64,000 bases of DNA from an uncultured Eubacteriales bacterium (lineage in GTDB: Bacteria; Bacillota; Sulfobacillia; Fermentithermobacillales; Fermentithermobacillaceae). A model generated the notes under the pieces. The model was not told the origin of the DNA. It made no database searches and saw only the letters and a program-made list of their open reading frames with translations. The stretch covers positions 8,592 to 72,591 of the forward strand of contig CAZXLH010000003.1 of NCBI GenBank assembly GCA_964641455.1, written 5' to 3'. Every line of letters starts with the position of its first letter. Within the stretch, counting starts at the first letter, position 1. The position numbers and the translations under genes were made by a program. Shown here piece by piece: positions 29,242 to 38,520 of this stretch.

Positions 29242-31602
29242 CTAAAAAGTTGTATGCTCAGTTCTGGCTATTATCTCATCTTGAAGAGCTTTGGTCAGAT
29301 CGCAGAAATAATCACTGTACCCTGCAACTCTTACTATTAGATCTCTGTACTCCTCAGGGTTTGCCTGGGCATCGCGCAAAGTATCAGCGCTTACCACATT
29401 AAACTGGATATGGTGGGCTCCCATACGGAAATATGCCCTCACCAGATGAGCCAAATTATCTATACCTTCTTGCCCCTCAAGAAGTTGGGGGCTAAATTTC
29501 TGGTTTAACAGGGTGCCGCCTGTTCTTACATGGTCCATCTTGGAACAAGACCTAAGAACGGCTGTAGGCCCGTTCCTGTCTGCACCTTGCACAGGTGAAA
29601 TACCCTCTGACAAAGGCTGCCCTGCAAACCTGCCATCAGGAGTTGCCCCTATTACTGAGCCGAAATATACATGGCATGTAGTAGGTAACATGTTAATTCT
29701 ATAAGTTGCCCCGGTTGGGCTCTTTCGTCCGTTAACTTCATTATGGAAAATATCAAAAACCTGCTGCATAATTTGATCGGCATAATCATTATCATTGCCA
29801 TATTTGGGAGTGCGGTTTAACAAGAGCCGGCGCAATGGTTCTAAGCCTTCAAAATTGCACCTAAGTGCTTCCAGCAACCTGTCCATAGAAACCGTTGCTT
29901 GGTCATATACATGATACTTAACAGCTGACAAACTATCAGTAATGCTTCCTATGCCTACTCCCTGGATATAACGGGTATTGTACCGTGCTCCTCCGGCGTT
30001 GTAGTCTTTTCCGTTCTCAATGCAATCACTTACTGTCACTGAAAGAAAGGGGCTTGGCATATACCTGGCATAGAGTTTCTCTATAACATGATTGCCTCTG
30101 ATTTTAATCTCTGTAAAATACTTCACCTGCTTTTTAAAAGCCTCTATCAGCCGATCAAAACTCTTGAAACTGTTTGCATCTCCGGTTTCAAGCCCCAGTT
30201 TCTTGCCTGTCCTGGGATCAACCCCATTGTTCAGCGTTATTTCGAGTATCTTGGTTAGGTTGAAGTACCCTGTAAGAATATACGCTTCCTTGCCGAATGC
30301 TCCCGTCTCAACACACCCGCTTGTACCGCCTGAGCGAGCATCTTCTATGGTTTTTCCTTGCATAAGCATTTCCTGTATTACGGTATCAGCGTTAAATATA
30401 GAAGGCTGGCCCCAACCTTCCCTTACAATCTCCAATGCCCGCTTCAAAAACTTATCGGGACTCTTCTGGCTAAGCTGTATATTTGAGCTTGGCTGCAAAA
30501 GCCGCATTTCATCTATAACATCAAGAATCAGATAGGTTACATCATTTACCCCATCCTGGCCATCCTTTGTAAGGCCGCCGTTATTTATATTGGCAAAATC
30601 CGTATAGGTTCCGCTTTCTTGCAAAGTGATACCTACCTTAGGCGGCGCAGGTTGGTTATTAAACTTGACCCAGAAACACTGAAGCAGTTCTCGTGCGTCT
30701 TCCCGGGATAAAGTGCTTGCTTCAATTTCTTTTTTGTAAAAAGGATAAAGGTGCTGATCTAATCTTCCGGGGTTAAAAGAATCCCAAGTGTTAAGCTCTG
30801 TTATTACGCCTATGTGAACAAACCAATACATTTGGAGAGCCTCATGAAACGTCTGTGGAGCATGAGCAGGAACATGTTTGCATACCTGCGCTATCTTCAA
30901 AAGTTCTTGCCTGCGCTTCTCATCTTTTGCTTTTTTCGAAAGTTCAAGGGCTTTTTCTGCATGGCGCTCACCGTATCGAATTATGGCGTCACAACAAATC
31001 TTCATAGCCCTTAGTTGGTCATGTTTTTCGTAGGCTTCAGGATCATTGAGAAAATCCAGGTTGCTTATGGCCTCTTCTATATCTTTCTTAAAATCCAAGA
31101 AACCCTTTTGATATATCTTGCCGTCTGCTACCGTGTGGCCAGGGGCCCGCTGCTCCATGAACTCAGTAAATATTCCCGCCTCATAACAATCTTTCCATTC
31201 ATCAGTCATTTCCCGGAATATTTTATGGCGAATGGATCGTTTTTTCCAAAATGGAATTATTTCAGTTTGCTGAACTTTTCTGGCCTCAGCGCCCACTTTG
31301 AAAAAGGTTTTTTCCCGGTCATTAATAACATCGAAATCTTCCATGGTGTGACAACAAAGTTCAGGGTAAGTCGGGGTAGCCTTGGGAGCCGGGCCTCGTT
31401 CTCCGACTATCAGTTCATCTTCACCAATGTATATCTCCTTTTGCTCCATCAACGCCTTAAACGTAAGAGCCCGCAATACAGGCACAGGCACTTTACCCTC
31501 GTACTTCTTGTAAGCCTGTGTAACCAGTTGCGCTCTTTCTATAGAAAGAGCCGGCTGTGCCTCAAGGCTTCTGGTCCTAAGCCTTAATACTCTCTCCCTC
31601 AT
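29242..31602 (-). CDS. hypD: trans-4-hydroxy-L-proline dehydratase (glycyl radical enzyme)
   Basis: Long segments match my recollection of C. difficile HypD: TEFMEQRAPGHT, FNNQPAPPKVGITL.ES.TYTDFANIN, GGTSGCVETG (catalytic Cys), MLPTTCH and RVAGYS (glycyl radical loop). Confidence 0.93.
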   Translation of the reverse strand: MRERVLRLRTRSLEAQPALSIERAQLVTQAYKKYEGKVPVPVLRALTFKALMEQKEIYIGEDELIVGERGPAPKATPTYPELCCHTMEDFDVINDREKTFFKVGAEARKVQQTEIIPFWKKRSIRHKIFREMTDEWKDCYEAGIFTEFMEQRAPGHTVADGKIYQKGFLDFKKDIEEAISNLDFLNDPEAYEKHDQLRAMKICCDAIIRYGERHAEKALELSKKAKDEKRRQELLKIAQVCKHVPAHAPQTFHEALQMYWFVHIGVITELNTWDSFNPGRLDQHLYPFYKKEIEASTLSREDARELLQCFWVKFNNQPAPPKVGITLQESGTYTDFANINNGGLTKDGQDGVNDVTYLILDVIDEMRLLQPSSNIQLSQKSPDKFLKRALEIVREGWGQPSIFNADTVIQEMLMQGKTIEDARSGGTSGCVETGAFGKEAYILTGYFNLTKILEITLNNGVDPRTGKKLGLETGDANSFKSFDRLIEAFKKQVKYFTEIKIRGNHVIEKLYARYMPSPFLSVTVSDCIENGKDYNAGGARYNTRYIQGVGIGSITDSLSAVKYHVYDQATVSMDRLLEALRCNFEGLEPLRRLLLNRTPKYGNDNDYADQIMQQVFDIFHNEVNGRKSPTGATYRINMLPTTCHVYFGSVIGATPDGRFAGQPLSEGISPVQGADRNGPTAVLRSCSKMDHVRTGGTLLNQKFSPQLLEGQEGIDNLAHLVRAYFRMGAHHIQFNVVSADTLRDAQANPEEYRDLIVRVAGYSDYFCDLTKALQDEIIARTEHTTF

Positions 31603-31605
31603 GAC

Positions 31606-32688
31606 TCATCCTCCTATTTTCACAGTAAGCCCGAATTCTTCAAGTTGCTTTTTTACCTTTGACATATCCTCAGTATCAGGCTGAGAAACATCTTTCAGGC
31701 AATAGGCCTTGCCCAGCCTTGTGTACTTATCTGAACCTATATTGTGATACGGCAAAATATTGATTTGCCTGATGTTAAGTTTCGAAAGAAACTTCCCTGT
31801 ATCCCTAATGTTTTGCTCACCATCGTTCATTCCCGGAATTATGGGCATCCGGGCTATTATTAATTGATGAATTTGAGACAACCTGGACAGGTTATCCAAT
31901 ACCAGTTCATTAGAAACGCCTGTGTATTTTGCATGCTTGCCCGGGTCCATGATTTTTACATCATAAAGAAATATGTCTGCCAAAGACGCCACCTGCTCAA
32001 CTACTTTAAACGGGGCATATCCGGAAGTATCGACAGCTGTGTTTATGCCTTCATCCTTGCACCGTAAAAGAAGATCACATAGAAATTGAGGCTGCATAAG
32101 AGGTTCTCCGCCTGAAAAAGTAACGCCGCCTCCTGACTGTTCATAAAATATTCGATCTTTGAGTATCTCGTTTATGACCCAGTCAGAAGTGACCTTCTTA
32201 CCGGCCATTTCTCTTGCCGCTGCCGGGCAAATTTCTGCACACTTCCCGCACACTGTACATTTTTGCCTGTCTGTCACAATTGGGCTTACAGCGCCGGGTC
32301 TATCTTCTGCACCACGCGTATCCTTCGTGTCTGTTGCATGGACTGCGTCCCCTGATTTTGTTTCGCCTACTGTATCTATAGTGATTACTCTGGCTGCATT
32401 AGCCGCTTTATCTGCTGTTTCGTCTGCTATTTGTGTATCAGATTGTTTGTTATCTGTAGATAATGTGAAAACCGGTTCCAAAGCCCTGTTAGGACATACC
32501 GGTATACACATACCGCAACCCAAACATCTCGAGTCAAAAATTACCAATTCCTGTTCTAAACACTGGCCTTCAGGGTTATGGCACCACTTACACCTTAGCG
32601 GGCACCCCTTAAAAAACACAGTAGTCCTTATACCAGGGCCATCATGCACAGAGAATTTCTGGATATTGAATATGGTTCCCTTGTTCAT
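31606..32688 (-). CDS. Glycyl-radical activating enzyme for HypD (radical SAM with ferredoxin-like insert)
   Basis: HDGPGIRTTVFFKGCPLRCKWCHNPE, two [4Fe-4S] insert motifs, GGVTFSGGEPL; abuts hypD. Start taken at the ATG at 32688. Confidence 0.93.
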   Translation of the reverse strand: MNKGTIFNIQKFSVHDGPGIRTTVFFKGCPLRCKWCHNPEGQCLEQELVIFDSRCLGCGMCIPVCPNRALEPVFTLSTDNKQSDTQIADETADKAANAARVITIDTVGETKSGDAVHATDTKDTRGAEDRPGAVSPIVTDRQKCTVCGKCAEICPAAAREMAGKKVTSDWVINEILKDRIFYEQSGGGVTFSGGEPLMQPQFLCDLLLRCKDEGINTAVDTSGYAPFKVVEQVASLADIFLYDVKIMDPGKHAKYTGVSNELVLDNLSRLSQIHQLIIARMPIIPGMNDGEQNIRDTGKFLSKLNIRQINILPYHNIGSDKYTRLGKAYCLKDVSQPDTEDMSKVKKQLEEFGLTVKIGG

Positions 32689-32805
32689 CACACCGCCCCA
32701 CAGCCTAATTTGTTTGTCTGGTAGCATGTTGTCTGACATTTATCATTATATTACATTCTACAAAGTTATTAATTTTCCCTCTCTATCAAACACTAAACTC
32801 CTCAG

Positions 32806-32834
32806 ATTATACAATTAGGCCAATATCAAGACAA
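32806..32834 (-). promoter_or_regulatory. sigmaA promoter of the activase-hypD operon
   Basis: Minus strand TTGTCT-N17-TATAAT with an extended TG. Confidence 0.7.
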
Positions 32835-32841
32835 ACAACGT

Positions 32842-32867
32842 GAGGGCGTCTTAACAAGGACGCCCTC
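32842..32867 (-). terminator. Hairpin ending the DUF6754 cassette
   Basis: GAGGGCGTC-N8-GACGCCCTC, about 120 bp after the 32988 stop, followed by a T-rich stretch on the minus strand. Confidence 0.55.
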
Positions 32868-32987
32868 CAATTGTACACATCGTTGCCCTAACTGCTTCAA
32901 ACTCTCCAAAACCGCTGCCGGAAACAAACGGGCACCATTTCCTAACAGGCCCGTATGGAACCTATCTGCAAACGTGATTAGATACCG

Positions 32988-33605
32988 CTACTTCACTATT
33001 TCTAACCAGTCAACGATAAGGAATTGCATCCTTGCAAGAAACAAAGATACACGGGCCATAACAGTTGTTCCAAACGCAGCGCCAAAAGCTATCATCATAG
33101 TGTACCTGCCTATCCAGGAACCATATTTAAGCGGGCCTTTTGGTTCGATCGTAAACAAAAAGAACGATAACGTACATATCACGCCTACCAGAAGAAGCGA
33201 AGCATTTATGGCCTCGGCACCGGTTGGGTTTGAAAGAGGCTTTATGGTAGCAATTACCTGGTCGATCAGCATGGGCTTCCACGTCTTGGTCAATACAACC
33301 CCTGCGCCTACACCGACAGTAAACGATATAGGGTATCTTGATAACCACTGAAGGCGCTTGCTAAACCTTGTATACATCAAAAGCCCCAAAATAATCGGAA
33401 CTATATAGTTCCACTTGCCCTTTTCAAGAATGTCTATCATTACCGCAGGCTTTATTCTGTTGCCGAACGTCATTGCAACAGCATACCCGGCTGTGGTACC
33501 CACAAAGATAGTTTCGGCAAAATAGTAAACTTCGCTCTCTTTGAAGATAATGCTGTAAAGAGCAAGGGTTAAAAACGCAGCAATCCAGTTTCCGATGTTA
33601 GCCAT
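32988..33605 (-). CDS. Uncharacterised polytopic membrane protein (DUF6754 cassette gene 4)
   Basis: About 6 hydrophobic segments, a G...GY motif and a C-terminal FGAAFG..VMAR motif; overlaps gene 3. Confidence 0.8.
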   Translation of the reverse strand: MANIGNWIAAFLTLALYSIIFKESEVYYFAETIFVGTTAGYAVAMTFGNRIKPAVMIDILEKGKWNYIVPIILGLLMYTRFSKRLQWLSRYPISFTVGVGAGVVLTKTWKPMLIDQVIATIKPLSNPTGAEAINASLLLVGVICTLSFFLFTIEPKGPLKYGSWIGRYTMMIAFGAAFGTTVMARVSLFLARMQFLIVDWLEIVK

Positions 33606-34440
33606 TACCTCTTGCCTCCTTTCTTTTGGAGAGGAAGTACTGAACGTTGCCGACTATCACAAAAAGTACAATTAGCAAGTGAGTTAGGCTCTGAGCATCC
33701 ATACCTACAGTGGCAGTACCGGGTGTATTGATCAATTGTTCATATTCGGCGGCCCCTTTCATGCCTGCGAGCATGCCGGTAAGCTGGCCTGATTGAAACA
33801 AAGGCATGCTTTCAGGGATACTCACAGCAAAACACGCCCCGGTAACCGGAACTCCCAATGGAACCCCAATCATCTTTACGTAAACTGAAAGCCCCTCGCC
33901 GAGTGACCCAATTGAGGCAGCCAAAGCTACATCCTTCAGAGATTTCACTTCTTGCATAAGCGGCATGGCTTCTAGCCGTTTTCCATAAAAGTCAACTCCG
34001 TTTGCCGCATTGATGATATCAACACCCATGGCTTCAAAAAACACGTTGCCCGAACCCTTGTAACCCAAATTAACCCAATCTTCACCGTATTTCTTATCAG
34101 GGAAGTCAGGCAATACAACATCCATAGCCCTTTCAAGCAAACTCCCTGACTCTGCTGTAATCCCTGCAGAAAGCACCTTGATATCCCTGGAAAAACAATG
34201 TCTGATTAAGGCAATCGCTGCAGGTTCCATTTCAGCCAAGGAAGATGCATAATAGTCAAAACCGATATAGACCGTTTTTCCGGATGGAATTGTATCGACG
34301 AAATCATATAGCACTTGGGTTTCCTTGCTAATTGGAATGGGCAGCCCGATAGGAGAAATAATGGCATATGCTACACACATAATAATCAAAATATATAGAA
34401 CATAATCCATCCGCCTGTCATTGGTTCCAGCCGTGTTCAT
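33598..34440 (-). CDS. Uncharacterised membrane protein with a soluble alpha/beta domain (cassette gene 3)
   Basis: N-terminal TM helix, soluble domain (DWVNLGY), LAGMKGAAEYE, and a C-terminal MDAQS..HL TM helix. Confidence 0.8.
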   Translation of the reverse strand: MNTAGTNDRRMDYVLYILIIMCVAYAIISPIGLPIPISKETQVLYDFVDTIPSGKTVYIGFDYYASSLAEMEPAAIALIRHCFSRDIKVLSAGITAESGSLLERAMDVVLPDFPDKKYGEDWVNLGYKGSGNVFFEAMGVDIINAANGVDFYGKRLEAMPLMQEVKSLKDVALAASIGSLGEGLSVYVKMIGVPLGVPVTGACFAVSIPESMPLFQSGQLTGMLAGMKGAAEYEQLINTPGTATVGMDAQSLTHLLIVLFVIVGNVQYFLSKRKEARGNG

Positions 34441-34459
34441 AACCTTTACCTCCCTTTGC

Positions 34460-35072
34460 TTAATCGGCGCCCAAATGCCTGCGCTCTATCCCTAGCATGA
34501 TTCTAAAAGCCTGGGATACAGCACCTATGGAAGCACCCAAAATTATGCCCCTCATGCCTGCGGTATTGGGAACATCCAAGATCCATCCGGAAATCTTGGG
34601 AATGGTTTTTGATATGGTTGCACCTATCGGCGCTTGCCCTAACATGACTATGACACCTGCAACAAGCAGCAAAGTAGCTTCGAAGTTTTTTGCACGGAAC
34701 GCTCTGTAAGAAGCGGAACCAATGTAAAACACCAATATCGAATACATTGTTCCATCCAACGGCACAATTACATTATTATAGATATAGCCAAGCCCCGGCC
34801 CTTGATGGCCTCCGAAAAGCCCTACACCTAAGGTTACATAGACGGAAAAGAAGGATACTCCTCCAATACCGGCCGCGTTTCAAGGAAATATTTTTGGTAT
34901 GGATACGCGTGAGGTTAATTACACCTAACATACATCCGACTGCACTTACTATAAGGAACCAATTATCCAAAGTAGACTTGACGGTAACGGCTACGGGAAT
35001 TGTAAAGTAATATGCCATGGCATAAATTATGCCGGCACAAAAGGTTATGGCTAACGGTAATTCACGTCTCAA
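34460..35072 (-). pseudogene. Membrane protein split by a frameshift near 34841-34852 (cassette gene 2)
   Basis: ORFs 34776..35072 and 34460..34765 join into one coherent membrane protein if the frame shifts at CTTTTCCGTC: ...WRSILLF / VYVTLGVGLFGGHQGPGLGYIYNNVIVPLDGTMYSIL... Confidence 0.75.
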
Positions 35073-35089
35073 GAGTACTCCTCCTTTCG

Positions 35090-35866
35090 TCAGATTTTAA
35101 GCACATTGACCAAAGTTTCGCTTCCGGTAAACATAAATATCGCACCTATAGCCGTTATCACAATCATTGCCACTTTCACAAAATCAGCCACAATCAAGCT
35201 TCCTATCAGTACAGGCTCCTCTGAGATATAAGCCGAAGCAGCATAAATTTCTTCGCCAATAAGACAATAGTCACACGCCGCCACGAAAAACGGGATTTGA
35301 TGCGTGTTCGCCGTACCGGCGATTTGTATTGCTCCAATCTCATAGCCTGTTTGAGCAAAAATGAGAGATTCTGCCCAAAAAGCACCTATGGCAATATTGG
35401 TGGCCACTCTTTCCCTGCGCATGATCCCTGTTACGCCTGTCGCATAACCGAACTGGTTATCGGTAAGAAATCGTACATCATCAGGATTAAAAGCATCCGG
35501 TTTGTTCTCAGTAAGATAAGCGTTCTTGATTATTTCCTCAGATAAGGTATGCACCAAAACCTTGTTGTTGCTCATGATAAGCGGAACATCATTTCTGGCA
35601 CATTTCCTGGCGACATAGTCCAAAATAGCCATTGAGGCCATAGTCTGAGCCTCATTAACATCGCTGATTCCCGGGGAAAAGTGCACAGGCCTACCCATCT
35701 CCGTTGCCCGGCCAATGGCCTCATCCAGGGCATCCAAACCACTCACTCGCCTGATAGACGGCAGTTTCCGGCCCTTTCTGGCACGGCCGATATAAAATAC
35801 GAGGGATATACAGAAAATCAACTGAGTCACAAAAGCCATGGTTTGTCCCTTAGCAATCAACGCCAC
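35090..35866 (-). CDS. DUF6754-domain membrane protein (cassette gene 1)
   Basis: IRRVSGLDALDEAIGRATEMGRPVHF, QIPFFVAACDYCLIGEEIYAASAY; strong GGAGG RBS. Confidence 0.75.
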   Translation of the reverse strand: MALIAKGQTMAFVTQLIFCISLVFYIGRARKGRKLPSIRRVSGLDALDEAIGRATEMGRPVHFSPGISDVNEAQTMASMAILDYVARKCARNDVPLIMSNNKVLVHTLSEEIIKNAYLTENKPDAFNPDDVRFLTDNQFGYATGVTGIMRRERVATNIAIGAFWAESLIFAQTGYEIGAIQIAGTANTHQIPFFVAACDYCLIGEEIYAASAYISEEPVLIGSLIVADFVKVAMIVITAIGAIFMFTGSETLVNVLKI

Positions 35867-36425
35867 TATAATCCTCCTCTCACATTAATTAACAAGGCAA
35901 CCGCTTGCTATCCACGACACTTCTCAGCACAATCTGTACACAGACAAGTCACGGAGATATATTTGAAACCAATAAGACTGCACGGTAAATAAAGCAAACA
36001 GAAACTTGTAAGCGATTCCCCCCTTTCGATTTGCTTAAGCGGATCACACCGACGCAAAACCAAGGGCCTGAGATTGTGGTATGTTTATCGCTGCAGGTGG
36101 TTGTAGCATAATAGGAATGACTGTTTTTACCATTCTGCGGAGCTATATAACATTCCTGCCAGGACTTAATAAATATTCAGCTTAGTTTGAAGATATTTGC
36201 CTGATCAGAAAATGTTACAATATGGTTGGCCTGACGTATCATATATAGGCCTGCTCTGTGCATCAACATGTTGCAACCAGGTTCACCATGTTTGCAGAAG
36301 CAGCCACTAAGCCCGAACCTGAAACGCAACAAGGTTCAAGGGGAGGAATCACCGTGAAATTAAGATACATGTCTCTACAGCAAGAAGGGGTAAATCCCAT
36401 AACGGATTTTGGCCGGAAAAGGATA

Positions 36426-38066
36426 GTGTCAAAACGCCCCTTGCAAATTGCTGTAGTTTCTTTTCTGTTTGTTTTGTGCTTTTTCTTATTCCCCCGTGTC
36501 GCCTTTGGAGCCTTTAGATACTATATTCCAAAGCAGCAAGATCAACTTACCGTTAATGAAGACAGTTCTGTTGGATTAATACGGTATTTTGAGTTTGCAG
36601 TAGACCAAAGTTCTACTGATTCAGGCACCGAGATTTGGATAGGGCTTCCCACTTCAAGAACTCAGGTATCGTCGGTAACTGATGATAAGGGGAATAACGT
36701 TACTTTTAAAACCCAAATATCAGGCGGTGATTACACCCTGATTTTGACCGGGTTTGACGCCATAGAACCGGGAAAGGCTAAAGGGTTTACAGTTGAAGCG
36801 GTTATCCCAGAGTTCTTGTTTCCGGATTCTGAAAATGAAGGGTACGCCACAATGAAGTATATACCCGGGTGGTGGTCATCTCAAGTTAAAGTGCAAGATA
36901 TTGCAGTAATCTTACCGGGTGGCGTGGAAAAAGACGAGATAAAAACGGGAACCGGCGAATGGGACGGAATCGCCCAAACCGAGTCAGGGGCTTATGTGGT
37001 TACATGGCGCTTTGAAAACCTGGGAGCAGGCGAAAAAGTATCCGTCAACATTGGGATTCCCGATACGTACGTGACACTGCCGGTGAAGGAAGAACCTGTA
37101 CCGGTAATTCCTCCCGAGCCACTTCCTTCTCACCGGGTACCCGGCATTGGGCATTCAGGTAATTTTGGCGCCATCTTTGGCTTATTTGCAGTAGCTGTCA
37201 TTGTGATTGTGGCAATAGGCATAGCCACCGGAATGAAAGAAGATTACTCACCGCCCCGGGTAAGCATGGAAGGGATAGGCGTCAACGAAACCCTGTCTCC
37301 TGTTGAAGTTTCCATACTTTTGAGGCAACCGCCTGAGAAAACCATGACACTGCTTTTGTTCTCACTTATTAAGAAAGGAATAGTAAGAGCATATTCAACT
37401 GAACCCTTAAGACTGTCTGTTCATTACGAAAGGGACTTATCAGAAGTTGAAGAACTCTTCTTGAAAGCCATTGACAGAAATACAGGAGAACTTGATCAAA
37501 CAAAACTCACTTACGTTTTCAGATTCATGGCTGCTTCTGTAAATGAGAAAATGAAGCCTTACTGCCGAAAAGACACAGAAGCTTTCTACCGCGGGCACAT
37601 AGCGAATCTTTGGGCTGAGGTTAGGGCGGCAAACACACCCGAGTTGAAACTTGAGTCTTTTGACAAGAATCTTCTGTGGCTCATTCAAGACGAAATTAAA
37701 CTTAAGGAATCTGAAAGCATTTTTGATTCCGAACAGAAAAAAGCAGCCTGGTGGCCCAATTGGTGGCTCATGGGCTTTCCTTACGGAAGAGGATATTTCG
37801 GCATTCACTGGTGGCCTATGGCAATGTATCACTCGTTTACAGGCATCTCAAGCGGCATAATACATGGCAACGAAGAAAAGTACAGGAAAATTACTGAGTC
37901 AGTGTTTACCCCGGCCAGGCCTGTGCCTGCCAGGAGCATTTTCGGCGGCAAAAGCGGCGGAACAAGCCATCACGGAGGATTTACCCCTCCCAGTTGTGCA
38001 TGTGCTTGCGCCTGTGTTTCCTGTGCCTGTGCATGTGCTTGTGCAGGCGGTGGGGGATGCACTTAG
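36426..38066 (+). CDS. Signal-peptide, single-pass membrane protein (DUF2207-like) with a C-terminal Cys-Ala repeat tail
   Basis: Start taken at the GTG at 36426 after GGAAAAGG. Order of regions: hydrophobic signal ending VAFG-A, beta-rich ectodomain, Pro-rich linker, TM helix FGAIFGLFAVAVIVIVAIGI, cytoplasmic domain, and tail SCACACACVSCACACACAGGGGCT. Confidence 0.85.
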   Translation: MSKRPLQIAVVSFLFVLCFFLFPRVAFGAFRYYIPKQQDQLTVNEDSSVGLIRYFEFAVDQSSTDSGTEIWIGLPTSRTQVSSVTDDKGNNVTFKTQISGGDYTLILTGFDAIEPGKAKGFTVEAVIPEFLFPDSENEGYATMKYIPGWWSSQVKVQDIAVILPGGVEKDEIKTGTGEWDGIAQTESGAYVVTWRFENLGAGEKVSVNIGIPDTYVTLPVKEEPVPVIPPEPLPSHRVPGIGHSGNFGAIFGLFAVAVIVIVAIGIATGMKEDYSPPRVSMEGIGVNETLSPVEVSILLRQPPEKTMTLLLFSLIKKGIVRAYSTEPLRLSVHYERDLSEVEELFLKAIDRNTGELDQTKLTYVFRFMAASVNEKMKPYCRKDTEAFYRGHIANLWAEVRAANTPELKLESFDKNLLWLIQDEIKLKESESIFDSEQKKAAWWPNWWLMGFPYGRGYFGIHWWPMAMYHSFTGISSGIIHGNEEKYRKITESVFTPARPVPARSIFGGKSGGTSHHGGFTPPSCACACACVSCACACACAGGGGCT

Positions 38067-38082
38067 TTATAGTTATCAGGTC

Positions 38083-38397
38083 ATGCCCATAGATACGAAA
38101 CTACTGGATGGGGGAATTATCATTACCGACCAACTTAATTCAATGTGGCTGCTCATAACATATAATATCTTTGCCTGTGCATTGATGGGCTATGATAAGT
38201 ACCAAGCCTTCCGCCGGCGGCGGCGAATACCGGAAAAGACGCTCTTTGCTGTAGCCCTTACCGGCGGCAGCTTGGGGATCTTAGCCGGCATGTTTTTCTT
38301 CCGCCACAAAACCAGACACTTGAGTTTTAAGTTGGGAATACCGGCAATTCTGGTGCTACAAGTATGGTTACTGTGGTATTGCCGGACCGGACACTAA
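38083..38397 (+). CDS. DUF1294-family small membrane protein
   Basis: MGYDKYQA....RIPEKTL......GGSLG....FRHKTRH..F motif; ATG 17 bp after the previous stop. Confidence 0.85.
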   Translation: MPIDTKLLDGGIIITDQLNSMWLLITYNIFACALMGYDKYQAFRRRRRIPEKTLFAVALTGGSLGILAGMFFFRHKTRHLSFKLGIPAILVLQVWLLWYCRTGH

Positions 38398-38520
38398 GGA
38401 TGGGCCTGGTTTTCCGTTTGCCAACCGCGTACCAGGTCCAAAAGTCGAGATATGAAAGCAATGGTAATGATCCAATTCAACCTTTTACCCCATACCGCAT
38501 TTCGCCGGTTACCTGCAGAC

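Noticed and set aside
29242-31602. Pyruvate formate-lyase or choline TMA-lyase
   Set aside because: It has a single-Cys GCVE active site (PFL has adjacent CC), and the PPKVGITL.ES.TYTDF and LPTTCH segments are HypD-specific.
10753-36000. Selenocysteine read-through or proline reductase (prdAB) genes
   Set aside because: No ORF pair separated by an in-frame TGA with matching homology was seen, and there are no PrdA/PrdB motifs.
36258-36425. 56-aa N-terminal extension of the Cys-tail protein given in the ORF track
   Set aside because: No RBS is apparent at 36258. The GTG at 36426 has an RBS and places the signal peptide at the N-terminus. Similar over-extended starts were trimmed for rbfA, rimP, DUF885-2, potA, potD and the SBP.
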